DNA from: Squalus acanthias
Taxonomy: Eukaryota
DNA length: 64,000 nucleotides
Assembly: GCA_030390025.1 (NCBI GenBank)
Contig: CM059431.1
Span: 152,956,001 to 153,020,000 of the forward strand
Direction of reading: 5' to 3'
The position numbers were made by a program, and so were the translations under genes. Positions 1 through 12,865 of the stretch are shown here, in pieces. The notes under the pieces were generated by a model. That model ran no database searches. It had not been told where the DNA came from and saw only the letters and a program-made list of their open reading frames with translations. Positions within the stretch are counted from its first letter, which is position 1, and every line of letters begins with the position of its first letter.

Positions 1-2940
1 CTTTAAAAGGGGCCCCTGATGGGGAGACTTCCTCTTTAAACGGGGTTTCTGATGTTGAGACTCGCTCATTAAAGGGGTCCCTTATTGTGCGACTTCCTCT
101 TTAAAAGGTGTCCCTGATGTTGAGATTTCCTCTTTAATCGGATTACCAGATGTTGAAACATTCTCTTCAAAAGGGGTCCCTGATGGTGAGACTGCCTTTT
201 TAAAAGGGGCCCCTGATGGTGAGACTCCATATTTAAAGGGGTACCTAGTGCAGAGTCTCTCTCATTATAAGGGGGCCATGAAGGGGATACTCCCTCTTCA
301 ATAGGGGTCCCTGATAGTGAGAGCCTCTCTTTAAAATGGATCTCTGATGGTGAGCCTTCCTCTTTAATAGATGTCCCTGATGATGAAACAACCTCTTTAA
401 ATGGGTTCCCTGATGTTTAGACTGCCTCTTTAAAATGTATCCCTAATGGGGAGACTCTCTCTCTATGGTGTCCCTGATAGAAAGATGGCCTCTTTAAAAG
501 GGATCAGTGATAGAAAGACTCTCTCTTTAAAATGGGTCCCCGAGGGGGAGACTCCCGCTTTAAAAGGGGTCCTTGACAGAAAGACTCTCTCTTTAAAAGA
601 GATCCCTTATGATGAGACTCCCTCTTTAAAATGTTTCCATGAAGGAACCACTCCATCTTAAAAAGTGGTCACTGATAGAAAGATTCCCTCTTTAAAATGG
701 GTCCTTGATAGTCAGACTTTCTCTTTAAAAGGGGTACCTGATGGTGAGAGTCTCTTTATAAGGGTCCCTGATGGTGAGAATCCCTCTTTTAACGGAGTCC
801 TTGATGGTGTGACTCACTCTTTAAAAGGGTTCCTTGATGGTAAGACTCTTTCAAAGGGGATCCTGATGATGAGACTCACTTTTAAAAGGGTTCCCTGATG
901 GTAAGACTCTTACAAAGGGGATCCTGATGATGGGACTCCCTCTTTGAAAGCGGTCCTAGATGGGGAGACAACCTCTTTAAAATGTGTCCCTGATTGAGAC
1001 GCTCATTCTTTAAACGGTGTACATAATAGGAAGATTCTCTTTAAAAGGGATCCCTGCTGGAAAGTCTCAATCTTTAAAATGGGTCGCCAAGGGTGAGACT
1101 CAATATTTAAACGGGCTCCCTGATAGAAAGACTCCCTCTTTAAAAGGGTTTTCTGATGTTGAGACTCCCTCATTAAAGGGGTCCTTTTTGGTGAGAAACC
1201 TTCTTTAAAATGGGCCCCTGATGGTGAGACTCCCTCTTTAAATGGGGTCCCTGATGTTGAGACTCCCTCTTTAAAATTAGACCCTGACGGTGAGATTCTC
1301 TTTAAAAGCGGTTCCTGATGGCGAGACTCCCTCTTTAAAGGGGTCCTTATGGTGAGACACCTTCTTTAAAATGGGCCCCAGAGGGTGGGGCTCCCTCTTT
1401 AAAAGAGGTACCTGATGTTGAGAATCACTCTTTAAAAGGGGCCCCTGATGTTGAGACTCTCTCTTTAAAAGGGATCGCTGATGGGGAAACACTCTCTTTA
1501 AAATGGGTCCCTGATGGGGAGACTCCCTCTTTAAAAGGGGTCGTTTAAAGTGAGACACCCTTTTTAAAAGGGCCCACAGATGGTGAGATGCAATTTAAAA
1601 GGGGCTCCTGATGGAGAGAATCTCTTTGAAAGATTTCCTGATGGTGAGACTCGCTCTGTAAAAGGGTTCCCTAATGTTCACTCTCCCACTTTAAAAGCGG
1701 CGTTTGATGGTGAGACTCTCTCTTTAAAATTGGTCCCTCATGTTGAGTCTCCCTCTTTAAAAGTTATCCCTGATAGAAAGACTCTCTCATTAAAAGCTGT
1801 CCCTGATGTTGAGACTCTCTTTTTAAAAGGGGTCCCTGATGGGGAGACTCGCTCTTTAAAAGCGGACCCTGATGCTGAAACTCCCTCTTTAAAAGGGGTC
1901 CCTGATGATGAGACTGCCTCTTTAAAAGGGGCCCCTGATGGTGAGACTCGCTCTTTAAAAGCGGACCCTGATGCTGAAACTCCCTCTTTAAAAGGGGTCC
2001 CTAATGGTGAGACTCCCTTATAAAAAGGGAGCCCTGGTCGAGAGATTCTCTCATTAATAGGGGTCGCTGATGGTGAGAATCCCTCTTTAAAAGGGAATCC
2101 TGATGGTGAGATACCCTCTTTAAAAGCGGTCCCGAATAGGAAGATTCTATTTAAAAGGGGACCCTGATACAAAGCCTCCCTCTTTAAAAGGGGTCCTTGA
2201 AAGAAAGTCTCACTCTTTCAAATGGGTCCCTGATGGTGAGACTCCCTCTATAAAAGGGGACCCTAATGGGGAGACTCCCTCTTTAAAAGGGGTCCCTTAT
2301 GGTGAGACACCCTCTTTAAAAGGGGTCCACGCTGGTGAGACACCCTCTTTAAAAGTGATCCCTGATGGTGAGACTCACACTTTAACAGGGCTCCCTGATA
2401 GAAAGACTCCCACTTTAAACGGGTCTCTGACGGTGAGACTTCCACTTTTAAAGATGTCTCTGATGGTGAGACTCCCTCTTCAAAATATTTCCCAGATGTT
2501 GAGACTCTTTCTTTAAAAGGGGTCCCTGATGGTGAGACTCCCTGTTTAAAAGGGGTCCCTGATGGGGGAGACTCCATCTTTAAAGGGGTCCCGAATGGGG
2601 AGACTCTCACTTAAAAAGGGGTAACTGATAGAAAGATGCCCTCTTTAAAATGGGTCCCCGACAGGAACACTCTCTTTTAAATGGGTCCGTGAGGGTGAGA
2701 CTCCCTCCTTAAAAGGGGTCCCTGATGGTGAGACTCCCTCTTTAAAAGAGTTCCCTGATGGTTAAACTCACTCTTTTAAAGGGGTACCTGATGGTGAGTC
2801 TCCCTCTTTAAAAGGGGTCCCTGATGGTGAGATTCCCTCTTTAAAAGCGGTTCCTGATGGTGAGACTCACTCTTTAAAAGCGGTCCCTGATGGTGAGACT
2901 CACTCTTTAAAAAGGATCCCTGTTGGTGAGACTCACTCTT

Positions 2941-3707
2941 ACAACCGATATTTATGATGAACCTGAAACACCTAAAGGAGAGACACGAGTCTGCAAGCTA
3001 GCAGCTGAAATAATTGTAAGAATAGCAGGGGTCAACAGAAAAATGAATAGTGATAATTAGCTTACATCAGCAGAAAACTTCAAAGGATATACCACTGAAC
3101 TTTCCAATGGGAAGACAGAATTCGCTGGAAGGGGCAAAGCGATTATCAGCTTCAGAGGCAAGCTCTGTAAGTTTTCAACTCTTTGAGTCTCGGGAATCAA
3201 GGTATTTGATTTTGGTGGATGTCCTGGAATAAGACTAAGTAAGAAATGTAAACATGTAAAAAGTTAAGATTTGAGATAAAGGATCTCTGATAATAAGAGT
3301 TGTCAGTTTTTGTATTTTGAACTGTTAATGTTGCGACTGAATCACCAACTGTAATTGCCTGTTGGTTCTTTAATAAATTGTCTCAAATAATACTTCTGTA
3401 TCAAACTCACAAACTCATTCTCTGTATGCTCTTTCGTGAGGAGTTGCAGAATTCTGGAGGAGTTTTCCGGACCCTCATAATATCCAGAAGGTTACAGTCT
3501 AGCTAAGCTTATTGAAAATGCTATCTGGAGGACGGTAACATCTTCAGGTTGTTCCTTTCTTTTAGGGAGAGATAGTCTGGACCTTTAGACCCAATTAAGC
3601 GTCTTTAGGATCCGGCTACCTTTAGATTTAGTAGAAGGTGAACGTCTGGGGAATATGCCTGATCCGTAGTAGCTCGAAAGGGGCTAGGACTACTAATTAT
3701 CCTTTCA
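2941..3707 (+). mobile_element. 5'-truncated LTR of the foamy-like ERV family, opposite orientation to the other copies
   Basis: Reverse complement of the LTRs at 28682-30134 and 34934-36320. Ends AATTATCCTTTCA (CA at 3706-3707) and has AATAAA near 3373. The U3 5' half is missing. Confidence 0.88.
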
Positions 3708-6700
3708 CACGAGGGTGAGACTCCTTTTTTTAAAGGGGTCCCTGATAGAAAGACACTCTCTTCAAAAGGAGTACCTGATGGTGAGACCTCATCTTTAAAA
3801 GGGGTCCCTGATGTTAAGACCCCCTCTTTAAAAGGGGCCCCTGATGGTGTAATTCTCTTCTTAAATGGGATCCCTGATGGTGAGACTATATCTTTAAAAG
3901 GGGTCCCTGATGGCGAGACTCGCTCTTTAAAAAGTTTCCCTGATGGTGAGACTCACTCTTTAAAAGAGTTGATAACACTCCCTTTAAAAGGCTCCCTGAT
4001 AGAAAGGCTCCCTCTTTAAAAGGATCTCTGATGTTGAGACTCCCTCTTTAAAAGGGCTCCCTGATAGAAAGTCTCCCTCTTTAAAAGGGATTCCTGATGG
4101 TGAGACTAACTCTTTAAAAGTGGTCCCTGATCGTGGGACACTCTCTTTAAAATGGGTCCTGACGGTGGGACTCCCTCTTTAAAAGGATTCCCTGATGGTT
4201 CGACTCTCTCTTTAAAAGTGGTCCCTAATAGAAAGACTTTCTCTTTAAAAGTGGTCCCTGATGGTGAGACACTCTCTCGTTAAAAGGGGTCCATGTTGGT
4301 GAGAGTCTCTCTTTAAAAAGATATCTCTGAAAGGGAATTTCCCTCTTCAAAAGGGGTCCCTGATGTTGAGACTTTCTCTTTAAAAGGAGACCCTGATCGT
4401 CAGACTCCATCTTTAAAAGGGATCTCTGACGGTGAGACTGTCTCTTTAAAAGATGTTCCTGATGATGAGACTCCCTCTTGAAAGGGGTTCCTGATAGAAA
4501 GTCTCCCTCTTTAAAAGGGTCTCTGATGGTGAGACTCTCTCTTTAAAAGTGATCCCTGATGTTGAGACTCCTTCTTTAAAAGGGGTCCCCGATGGTGAGA
4601 CTTTCTTTTTAAAGGGATCCATGATAGTGAATATCCCTCTTAAAATTAGGACTGATGGGGAAACATCCTCTTTAAAAGGTGTCCCTGATGGAGACACTTC
4701 CTCTTTAAAAGGGCTCCCTAATAGAGAGACTCTCTCTTTAAAATGTGCCCCTAATAGAAAGATTATCTTTAAAAGTATCCCTGACAGAAAGACTCCCTCT
4801 TTAAAAGGTGTCCTTGATAGAAAGACTCTCTCTATAAAATGGATTCTCGAGGTTGACACTCCCACTTTAAAAGATGTCCCTGATGATGAGACACCTCTTT
4901 AAAAGGGGTTCCTGATTATTAAACATCCTCTTGAAAAGGGGTCCGTGATAGAAAGTCTCCATCTTTAAAAGGATCTCTGATGGTGAGACTCTCTCTTTAA
5001 AACTGATCCCTGATAGTGAGACTCACTCTTTAAAAGGGTCTTTGACGATGAGACTCCCTCTTTAAAATATGTCTCTGATGGGGAGACTCTCTCTTTAAAA
5101 TGTGTCCCTGATGGTGGGACACAATCTTTAACATTGGTCCATGATGTTGAGACTCCCTCTTTAAAGGGGACCCTGTTGGAGAGACTCTCTCATTAATATT
5201 GGTCCCTGAAGTGGATACACCCACTTTAAAATTGGACCTTGATGGTGAGACTCTCTCTTTAAAAGTGTTCTCTGATGGAGAGACTTCCTTTTTAAAAGGG
5301 ATCCCTGATGGTGACACTCCCTTTGTAAAAGCGGCCCCTGTTGGTGAGATCTCCTCTTTAAGAGGGACCCCTAAAGGTGAGACTCTCGCTTCAAAAGTGG
5401 TCCCTGATGGAGAGACTCGCTCTTTAAAAGGGACCCCTTATTGTGAGACTACCTCTTCAAAAGGGGACCCTGATGGTGAGACTCTTTTTAAAAGGTGACA
5501 CTGATGGAGACACACCCTCTTTAGCAGGGGTCCCTGATGGTAAGACTCACGTTAAAAGGGCTCCCTGTTAGAAAGACTCCCTCTTTAAAAGGGGATGCTG
5601 ATAGCGAAACTCTTTCTTTAAAAGGGGTCCCTGTTAGGGAGACTCCCTTATTAAAAGGGGTCCCTAATTGTGCGACTTCCACTTTAAAAGGTGTCCCTGA
5701 TGGTGAGATTCCCTCTTTAATCGGATTACCAGATGCTGAAACATTCTCTTCAAAAGTTGTCCCTGATGATGAGACTGCCTTTTTAAAAGGGGCCCCTGAT
5801 GGAGAGACTCCATATTTAAAGGGGTACCTAGTGGAGAGACTCTCTCATTATAAGGGGGCCATGAAGGGGATACTCCCTCTTCAATAGGGGTCCCTGATAG
5901 TGAGAGCCTCTCTTTAAAATGGATCTCTGATGGCGAGCCTTCCTCTTTAATAGATGTCCCTGATGCTGAAACAACCTCTTTAAATGGGTTCCCTGATGTG
6001 AGACTGACTCTTAGAATGTATCCCTAATGGGGAGACTCTCTCTCTATGGGGTCCCTGATAGAAAGACGGCCTCTTTAAAAGGGATCACTGATAGAAAGAC
6101 TCTCTCTTTAAAATGGGTCCCCGAGGGGGAGACTCCCGCTTTAAAAGGGGTGCTTGACAGAAAGACTCTCTCTTTAAAAGAGATCCCTTATGGTGAGACT
6201 CCCTCTTTAAAATGTTTCCATGAAGGAACCACTCCATCTTAAAAAGTGGTCACTGATAGAAAGATTCCCTCTTTAAAATGGGTCCTTGATAGTCAGACTT
6301 TCTCTTTAAAAGGGGTCCCTGATGGTGAGAGTCTCTTTATAAGGGTCCCTGATGGTGAGACTCCCTCATTTAACGGAGTCCTTGATGATATGACTCACTC
6401 TTTAAAAGGGTTCCCTGATGGTAAGACTCTTACAAAGGGGATCCTGATGATGAGACTCCCTCTTTGAAAGTGGTGCTAGATGGGGAGACAACCTCTTTAA
6501 AATGTGTCCCTGATTGAGACGCTCTCTCTTTAAACGGTGTACATAATAGGAAGATTCTCTTTAAAAGGGGTCCCTGATAGAAAGTCTCAATCTTTAAAAT
6601 GGGTCGCCAAGGGTGAGACTCAATATTTAAACGTGCTCCCTGATAGAAAGTCTCCCTCTTTAAAAGGGTGTCTGATGGTGAGACCCTCTCTTTAAAAGGG

Positions 6701-9700
6701 TGTCTTATGGAGAGACTCCCTCTTAAATAGGGATCACTAATGGGGAGACTCTCTTTAAAAGGGGTCCCTGAGGGAGAGAAATTCTCTTTAAAAGGTTTCC
6801 CTGATGGAGAGACTCCCGCTTTAAAAGTTGTCTCTCATGGTGAGACTCCCGCTTTAAAAGGGACCCCTGATGGTGAGTTTATCTATTTAAAAGAATTCCT
6901 TGATGGTGAGATTCCCTCTTTAATAGATTTCCCTGATGAAGTGTCTATCTCATTAAAAGCGGTCCCTGATGCTGAAACAGCTTCTGTAAAAGGGGCCCTG
7001 ATGATGAAACTCCCTCTTTAAAAGGGGTCTCTGATGGTGAGACTCTCTCTTTAAAAGTTGTCAATGATGCTGAAACACCCTCTATAAAGGTATCCCTGAT
7101 GGTGAATCTGTCTCTTTAAAAGTGGTCTCTGATGGTGAGACTGAATCTTTAAAAGGGGTCCCTGATGGTGAGACACCATCTTGAATAGGGGTCCCTGATG
7201 GAGAGACTCCCTCTTTAAAAGATCTCTCTGATGTCGAAACTCTCTCTTAAAAAGGGCTCCCTGATAGAAAGAATCCCTCTTTAGAAGGGTCTCTGATGGT
7301 GAGACTCGCTCTTTACAATAGCTCCCAATAGAAAGACTCCCGTTTTAAAAGGTATCCCTGATGGTGAGTCTCTATCTTTAAAATGTATCACTGATGGTGA
7401 GACTCCCTCTTTAAAAGGGGTCCCTGATGGTGAGACTCGCTCTTTAAATGTTGTCCCTGATGGTGAGACACCCACTTTAAAAGAGGTCCCTGAAAGGGAT
7501 ACGTTCTCTTTAAAATGGGTCCCTGATGGTGCGACTCTCTCTTTAAATTGATTCTCTGAATGTGAGACTCCGTCTTTAAAAGAGGTTCTGAAGTTAAGAC
7601 TTTCTCTTTAAAAGGGATCCCTGATGGTGAGACTCCCTCCTAAAAATTGGTCCCGGATGGTTAGACTGTCTTTAAAAGGAAACCCTGATAGAAAGACTCC
7701 CTCATTAAAAGTGTAGCTGATGGTAAGACTCCCTAATTAAAAGGGCTCCCTCAGAGAAAGACTCCCTCTTTAAAAGAGGTCCCAGATGGTAAGACACACC
7801 CTTTAAAAGGGTTCACTAACAGAAAGACTACCTATTTAAAAGGGTCTCTGATGGTGAAACTCCCTCTTTAATCAGAGTCCCTGATGCTGAAACATCCTCA
7901 TTAAAAGGGGTCCCTGATAGAGTGTCTCCCTCTTGAAAACGGGTCCCTGATGATGAGGCACCCTCTTTAAAATGGGGCCCTGTTTGGAGAGACTCTCTCA
8001 TTAGTAGTCGTCCCTGAAGGGGATACCTCCTCTTTGAAAGGGGACCCTGATGGTGAGACTCTCTCTTTAAATGGGGTCTCTGATGGGGAGATGACCTCTT
8101 TAAAAGGGATTCCTGATGTTGACTCTCCCTTTTTAAAAGGGTCCCCTGATGGTGAGACTCCCTCTTTAAGAGGGGCCCGTAAAGTTGAGACTCTCTTTTT
8201 AAAAGGTGTCACTGATGGTGAGACTCCCTCTTTAAAAGGTGTTCCCTGATGGTGAGACTCCCTCTTTAAAAGTGCCCCTAATGGGGATACTCTCTCTTTA
8301 TAGGTTCCCTGATAGAAAGACACCCTCTTTAAAAGGGGTCCTTGATTGAAAGTCTCTCTTTTTAAAGGTGTCCCTGATGGTGAGACTCCCTCTTTAAAAG
8401 AGTTCCCTAATGGTGAGACACACTGTTTAAAAGGGGTCCCTAGTGGAGAAACTCTCTCATTCAAAGGGTTCCCTGAAGGGGATACTCCCTCTTTAAAAGC
8501 GGTCCTTGATGGTGAAACCCTCTCTTTAAAAGGGGACTCTGATTGTGAGACTACCTCTTTAAAAGTGTCCCTAATGGGGAATCTCTCTCTTTATGGGTAC
8601 CCTGGTAGAAATAAGCCCTCTTTAAAAGGGGTTCTTGATTGAAAGACTCTCTCTTTAAAATGTGCCCCTGTTGGTGAGACACCCTCTTTAAAAGGGTTCC
8701 CTGATAGAAAGTCTCTCACTTTAAAAGGTGTCCCTGTGGGTGAGGCTCCCTCTTTAAATGAGGTCCCTAATGGTGAGGCTACATCTTCAAAAGGGGTCCC
8801 TGGTGGAGAGACTCTCTCGTTAGAAGGGGTCCCTGAAGAGGATACTCCCTCTTTAAAAGGGCTCCCTGATGGTGAGACCCACTCTTTAAAAGGGATCTCT
8901 GCTGGTGAGACATCTTCTTTAAAAGGGTTCCCTTATGGGGACAATATCTCGTTAAAAGGGATCCTCCATTTTAAGAATCCCTTTTTCAAAATGTGTCCCT
9001 GATGGTGAGACTCCCTCTTTAAAAGATGTCCCTGACGGGGATACACCCTCTTTAAAAGGGGTCCCTGATGTTGAGACTCTCTCTTTAAATTGGTCTCTGA
9101 TGGTGAGACTCCCTCTTTAAAAGGACTCCCTGATAGAAGAATCCCTCTTTAAAAGTTTCTCTGATGTTTAGACTCCCTTATTAAAAGGGCTCCCTGGGAG
9201 AAAGACTCCCTCTTTAAAAGGAATCCCTGAGGGTGAGACTCACTCTTTAAAAGAAAATCCCTGATGGAAAGATTCACTGTTTAAAAGGGCTCACTGATAG
9301 AAAGACTGCCTCTTTAATAGGCTCTCTGACGGTGAGACTCACTCTTTAAAAGGTGTCTCTGATGGTGAGACTTCCTCTTTAAAAAGCATCCCTAATGGGG
9401 AGAATATCTTGTTAAAACGGATCCCTGATGGTGAGGCTCCCTCTTTAAAAGGGGTCCCTGATGGTGAGACTCCCTCTTTAAAAAGGATTCCTGGTGGTGA
9501 GGCTCCCACTTTAAAAGGTGTCCTGATGGGGATACCCCCTTTTTAAAAGTGGTCCCTGATGGAGACACTCTTTCTTTAATAGGGGTCTCTGATGCAGACA
9601 CTCCCTCTTTGAAAGGGGACGCTGATGGAGTCTCTCCCTCTTTAAAAGGGGTCCCTGATGGAGGCACTCTTCTTTAAGAGCGTTCCCTGATGCAGAGACA

Positions 9701-10749
9701 ATCCCTCTTTAAAAGGGGTCCCTGATGGAGAAAAACTTTCTTTAAAAGGTGCCCCGGATGGAGAAACACCCTCATAAAAAATGCTCCCTAATGGAGACAC
9801 TCCCTCTTTAAAAGGGATCTCTGATGGTGAGACTCCCTCTTTAAAAGGGGCCCCTGATTTTGAGACAGCCTCTTTAATAGGAGTCCCTGATGCTGAAATA
9901 CCCTCTTTAAAATAGGTCCCTCATGGGGAGACTCTCTCTTTAAAGGATTCGCTGATCGAAAGACGCCCTTTTTAAAAGGGGTTCCTGATAGAAAGACTCC
10001 CTCTTGAAAAGAAGTCCCTGTTGGAGAGACTCACTCAAAAAGAGTGGTCATTGAAGGGGATACACCAACTTTAAAAGGGGAACCTGATGGTGACACTCAC
10101 TTTTTAAAAGGCGCCCCTGTTGGTGAGACCCCCTTTTAACAGGGGCCCCTAAAGGTGAGACCAACTCTTTAAAAGGGGTCCCTGATGGTGATTATGCCTC
10201 TTTAAAAGTGTCCCTAATGCAGAGACTTTCTCTAAATGGTTTCCCTGATAGAAAGACGCCCTCTTCAAAAGGGGTCCTTGATAGAGAGACTCTCTCTTTA
10301 AAATGGGTCCCTGATGGTGAGACACCCTCTTTAAAAGGTGTCCCTGATAGAACGTCTCGCTCTTTAAAAGGGGCCCATGATGGTGAGACTCAGGGGTAGA
10401 AATTAGGTCGCGCCCCATTTGGGGCGCAAATATCGTCCGGACGCAAATATTAGCGCCTGGCGCTAATTATCGGCACTGACAGGAAACTTCACTTTTACCG
10501 CCCCGGGAGGTGAGTGGAGTGCTAAAGTAGGCGCTGCACACCTCTCTTAAGGTTCAAAGGCCAAGGAGTGAGGCGCTACCTCAGCGCACGAGCGCAGCGC
10601 AGCTGCTGCCAGTTAGCGAGGGAACACAGACACACTGGCGCCGGACACTTCTTAAAGCGGGGGGGGCCACTTGCTCCCCAGCCACACCCTGCTCATTGCA
10701 GCCTTGAATCTCAGCCTGGAGAGACCTGTAATCCATTTTGCTGCCAAGC

Positions 10750-12571
10750 ATGGAGAGGGTGAGAGAACGCGCTCATCGCTTCACCGAGCGGGCCTTGGAT
10801 GCTCTGGTTGACGCAGTGGAGTGCAGACGATGCATGCTGTTCCCGGAGAGTGGCAGGAGGCCTTTGCCACGCGAGTTCAGAAGAGTGTGGAGGGAGGTGG
10901 CTCAGAGCGTCTCCTCCAGGAGCATGGTGCCCAGGACCCATGTTCAATGCCGCAAAAAGTTCAACGACCTCACCGGGTAGTCAGGGTGAGTGGCTTTTTC
11001 TCAATACCTCTCCATCCCTCCATCTCAACCTCACTCTATGGCCAGAGGGTCTTAAAACCCCAATGCACAACACTCATCCAACACCTATGGCCCTTTCATC
11101 AAACACACACACACATTCCACACTTTGCATACAGTAAGGGCTATTCACCTATGGGAGGCACATCAGGCAAGACCATGGCTGTATATTGTTAGGGCTATTC
11201 ACCTATGGGAGGCACATCAGGCAAGACCATGGCTGTATATTTACTCAGATGCTGTCCTTTTTCTTGCAGGCTAAGCTGGCTCATAATCGGAGACAGCAGC
11301 AACGGACGGGTGGAGGGCGGCTTCAGCTGCAACCCCTCAGCGATCTGGAGGAGCGCGTCCACAGGATTGTGGCAAGCCGGGTGATCGGTCCCGTCGCCAC
11401 TGGAGACGCCGACCCCGTTGTGGACAGCAATGGTAAGGTCATCACCTTTTTGTCCTCTGTCCTTCCACTTGTCCCTCACAATACCAGCCTTTGACACTTT
11501 CAATCCAACTTGCTAACTCGTTGCACTTATTCCTCCCTTACTGCCACCCTGTCCTCACGCTAAAGCCACTCTTGTACCTCCCTGCTTTCAGATGGTGATT
11601 CACCAGCTGAGGAGACGGGCCCTGAAGCTGCCACTGGGAGTGATGCTGCAGCTGAGGAGGAAGAGGAAGCCGGACCATCAGTGCCACCCTCTCCCGAGGA
11701 AGCCCATGCGCACACTGGGAACACGCCTTCCCCGGAGGGGAGCAGGGGGGAAGGGGCTGATGATGGTGAAGCTCCAGGACCCAGCGGGCTGCAGCAACGC
11801 CATGGGGGGGGTAGGGAAGAACGGGGGCCTTCTCCCCAGAGGGAGAGTATGCCAGACACTCCTACTGCAATGGACGCAGAGGAGGAGCGGCTGATTGCAG
11901 AAATGAACACCCAGGCGGTGGGCATGCACACTGAGCTCATGGGTGCAGTGGGAAGGGTGCCCGATTGCATTGAGTCACTGGCAAGGAGTGTGGAGCACTT
12001 CGCTGTAGCACAGGCGGATGCCACACTAACGCTTAGTGCTGCAATTCAGTCACTGGCTGCCGTGATCCCACCTCTGACTGCTCTCATACAGACTCAGATG
12101 GAGGCCACGCGAGCACAGACTGCTGCCAACCTCGATGGTTCGTGCACATGTCCCCGGGGCTGTCACCGCGCCGCAGCAGGCCAGCAATCTGTTCTCCGGC
12201 AAATTGCTCCGGATGCTGAAGTGCTGCCCCGTGGGAGTGCCAGTGTGTCGGGCGAGCAGGGAGTTGCTGGCCTCTCTCACGATGACAGCATTCCTGCTGC
12301 CAACACTGTCACTTCTCCACTGCACTTGCCACCGCCTGTAGGACAGACTGCTGCCGCCCATGCAGAGTTGGTGCAGTCTGCAGCCGGGCCCTCCAGGCCC
12401 AGAAGTGGTCGAGGCCGTCCTTCAGGGGCATCTGCAGTGTCAGGGTCTGACGAGCAGCAGCCTTCCACCAGCCTTGCTGCAGCCACTGAGGTCCCATTAC
12501 GGAGGAGCAGTAGGGTTAGAAGGGGGGAAGTGCGCAAGGGAAGGAGATCACCCTCGAAGGGCAAAAAGTAG
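10750..12571 (+). pseudogene. Harbinger Myb/SANT-like (trihelix) DNA-binding protein, 3 exons (10750-10985, 11270-11432, 11592-12571), 1-nt deletion near 10974
   Basis: Exon 1 reads MERVRERAHRFTERALDALVDAV...WREVAQSVSS...RTHVQCRKKFNDL. Donor GTGAGT at 10986; acceptor TTGCAG ends 11269; exon 2 reads AKLAHNRRQQQRTGGG; donor GTAAG at 11433; acceptor TTTCAG ends 11591. Exon 3 is in frame with ORF 11681-12571 and ends in a basic tail. Exon 1 is 236 nt, one short of a phase-0 join. Confidence 0.88.
11137..11241. repeat. 54-bp-period direct duplication in intron 1 of the Myb-like gene
   Basis: AGGGCTATTCACCTATGGGAGGCACATCAGGCAAGACCATGGCTGTATATT starts at both 11137 and 11191. Confidence 0.92.
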
Positions 12572-12865
12572 GAGGTGTGCCAAAATGCTGGTCATTTTTT
12601 TATTAAAGGCCGAGGTTCATGGTCCAACTTTTGTTTAGTGTTTTGGACATTATCTCCAGGTTGTGAGAACCAGTTATGTTATTGACTGTTTTTTTGTGTT
12701 TATTTCTATGAGTTTGTCATGAGGAATTGACACACAATGAGTTTGTAAAATAAATAAGTTTCTGTATTCAAAATATACATGGCTGGTGGTTGGAATTATT
12801 GGTGCCTTGGCCGGCTTAGGGGTTGCGTGCTGGGTTGATTAGTGTTTGTAGCAATGGCAGGGGCC

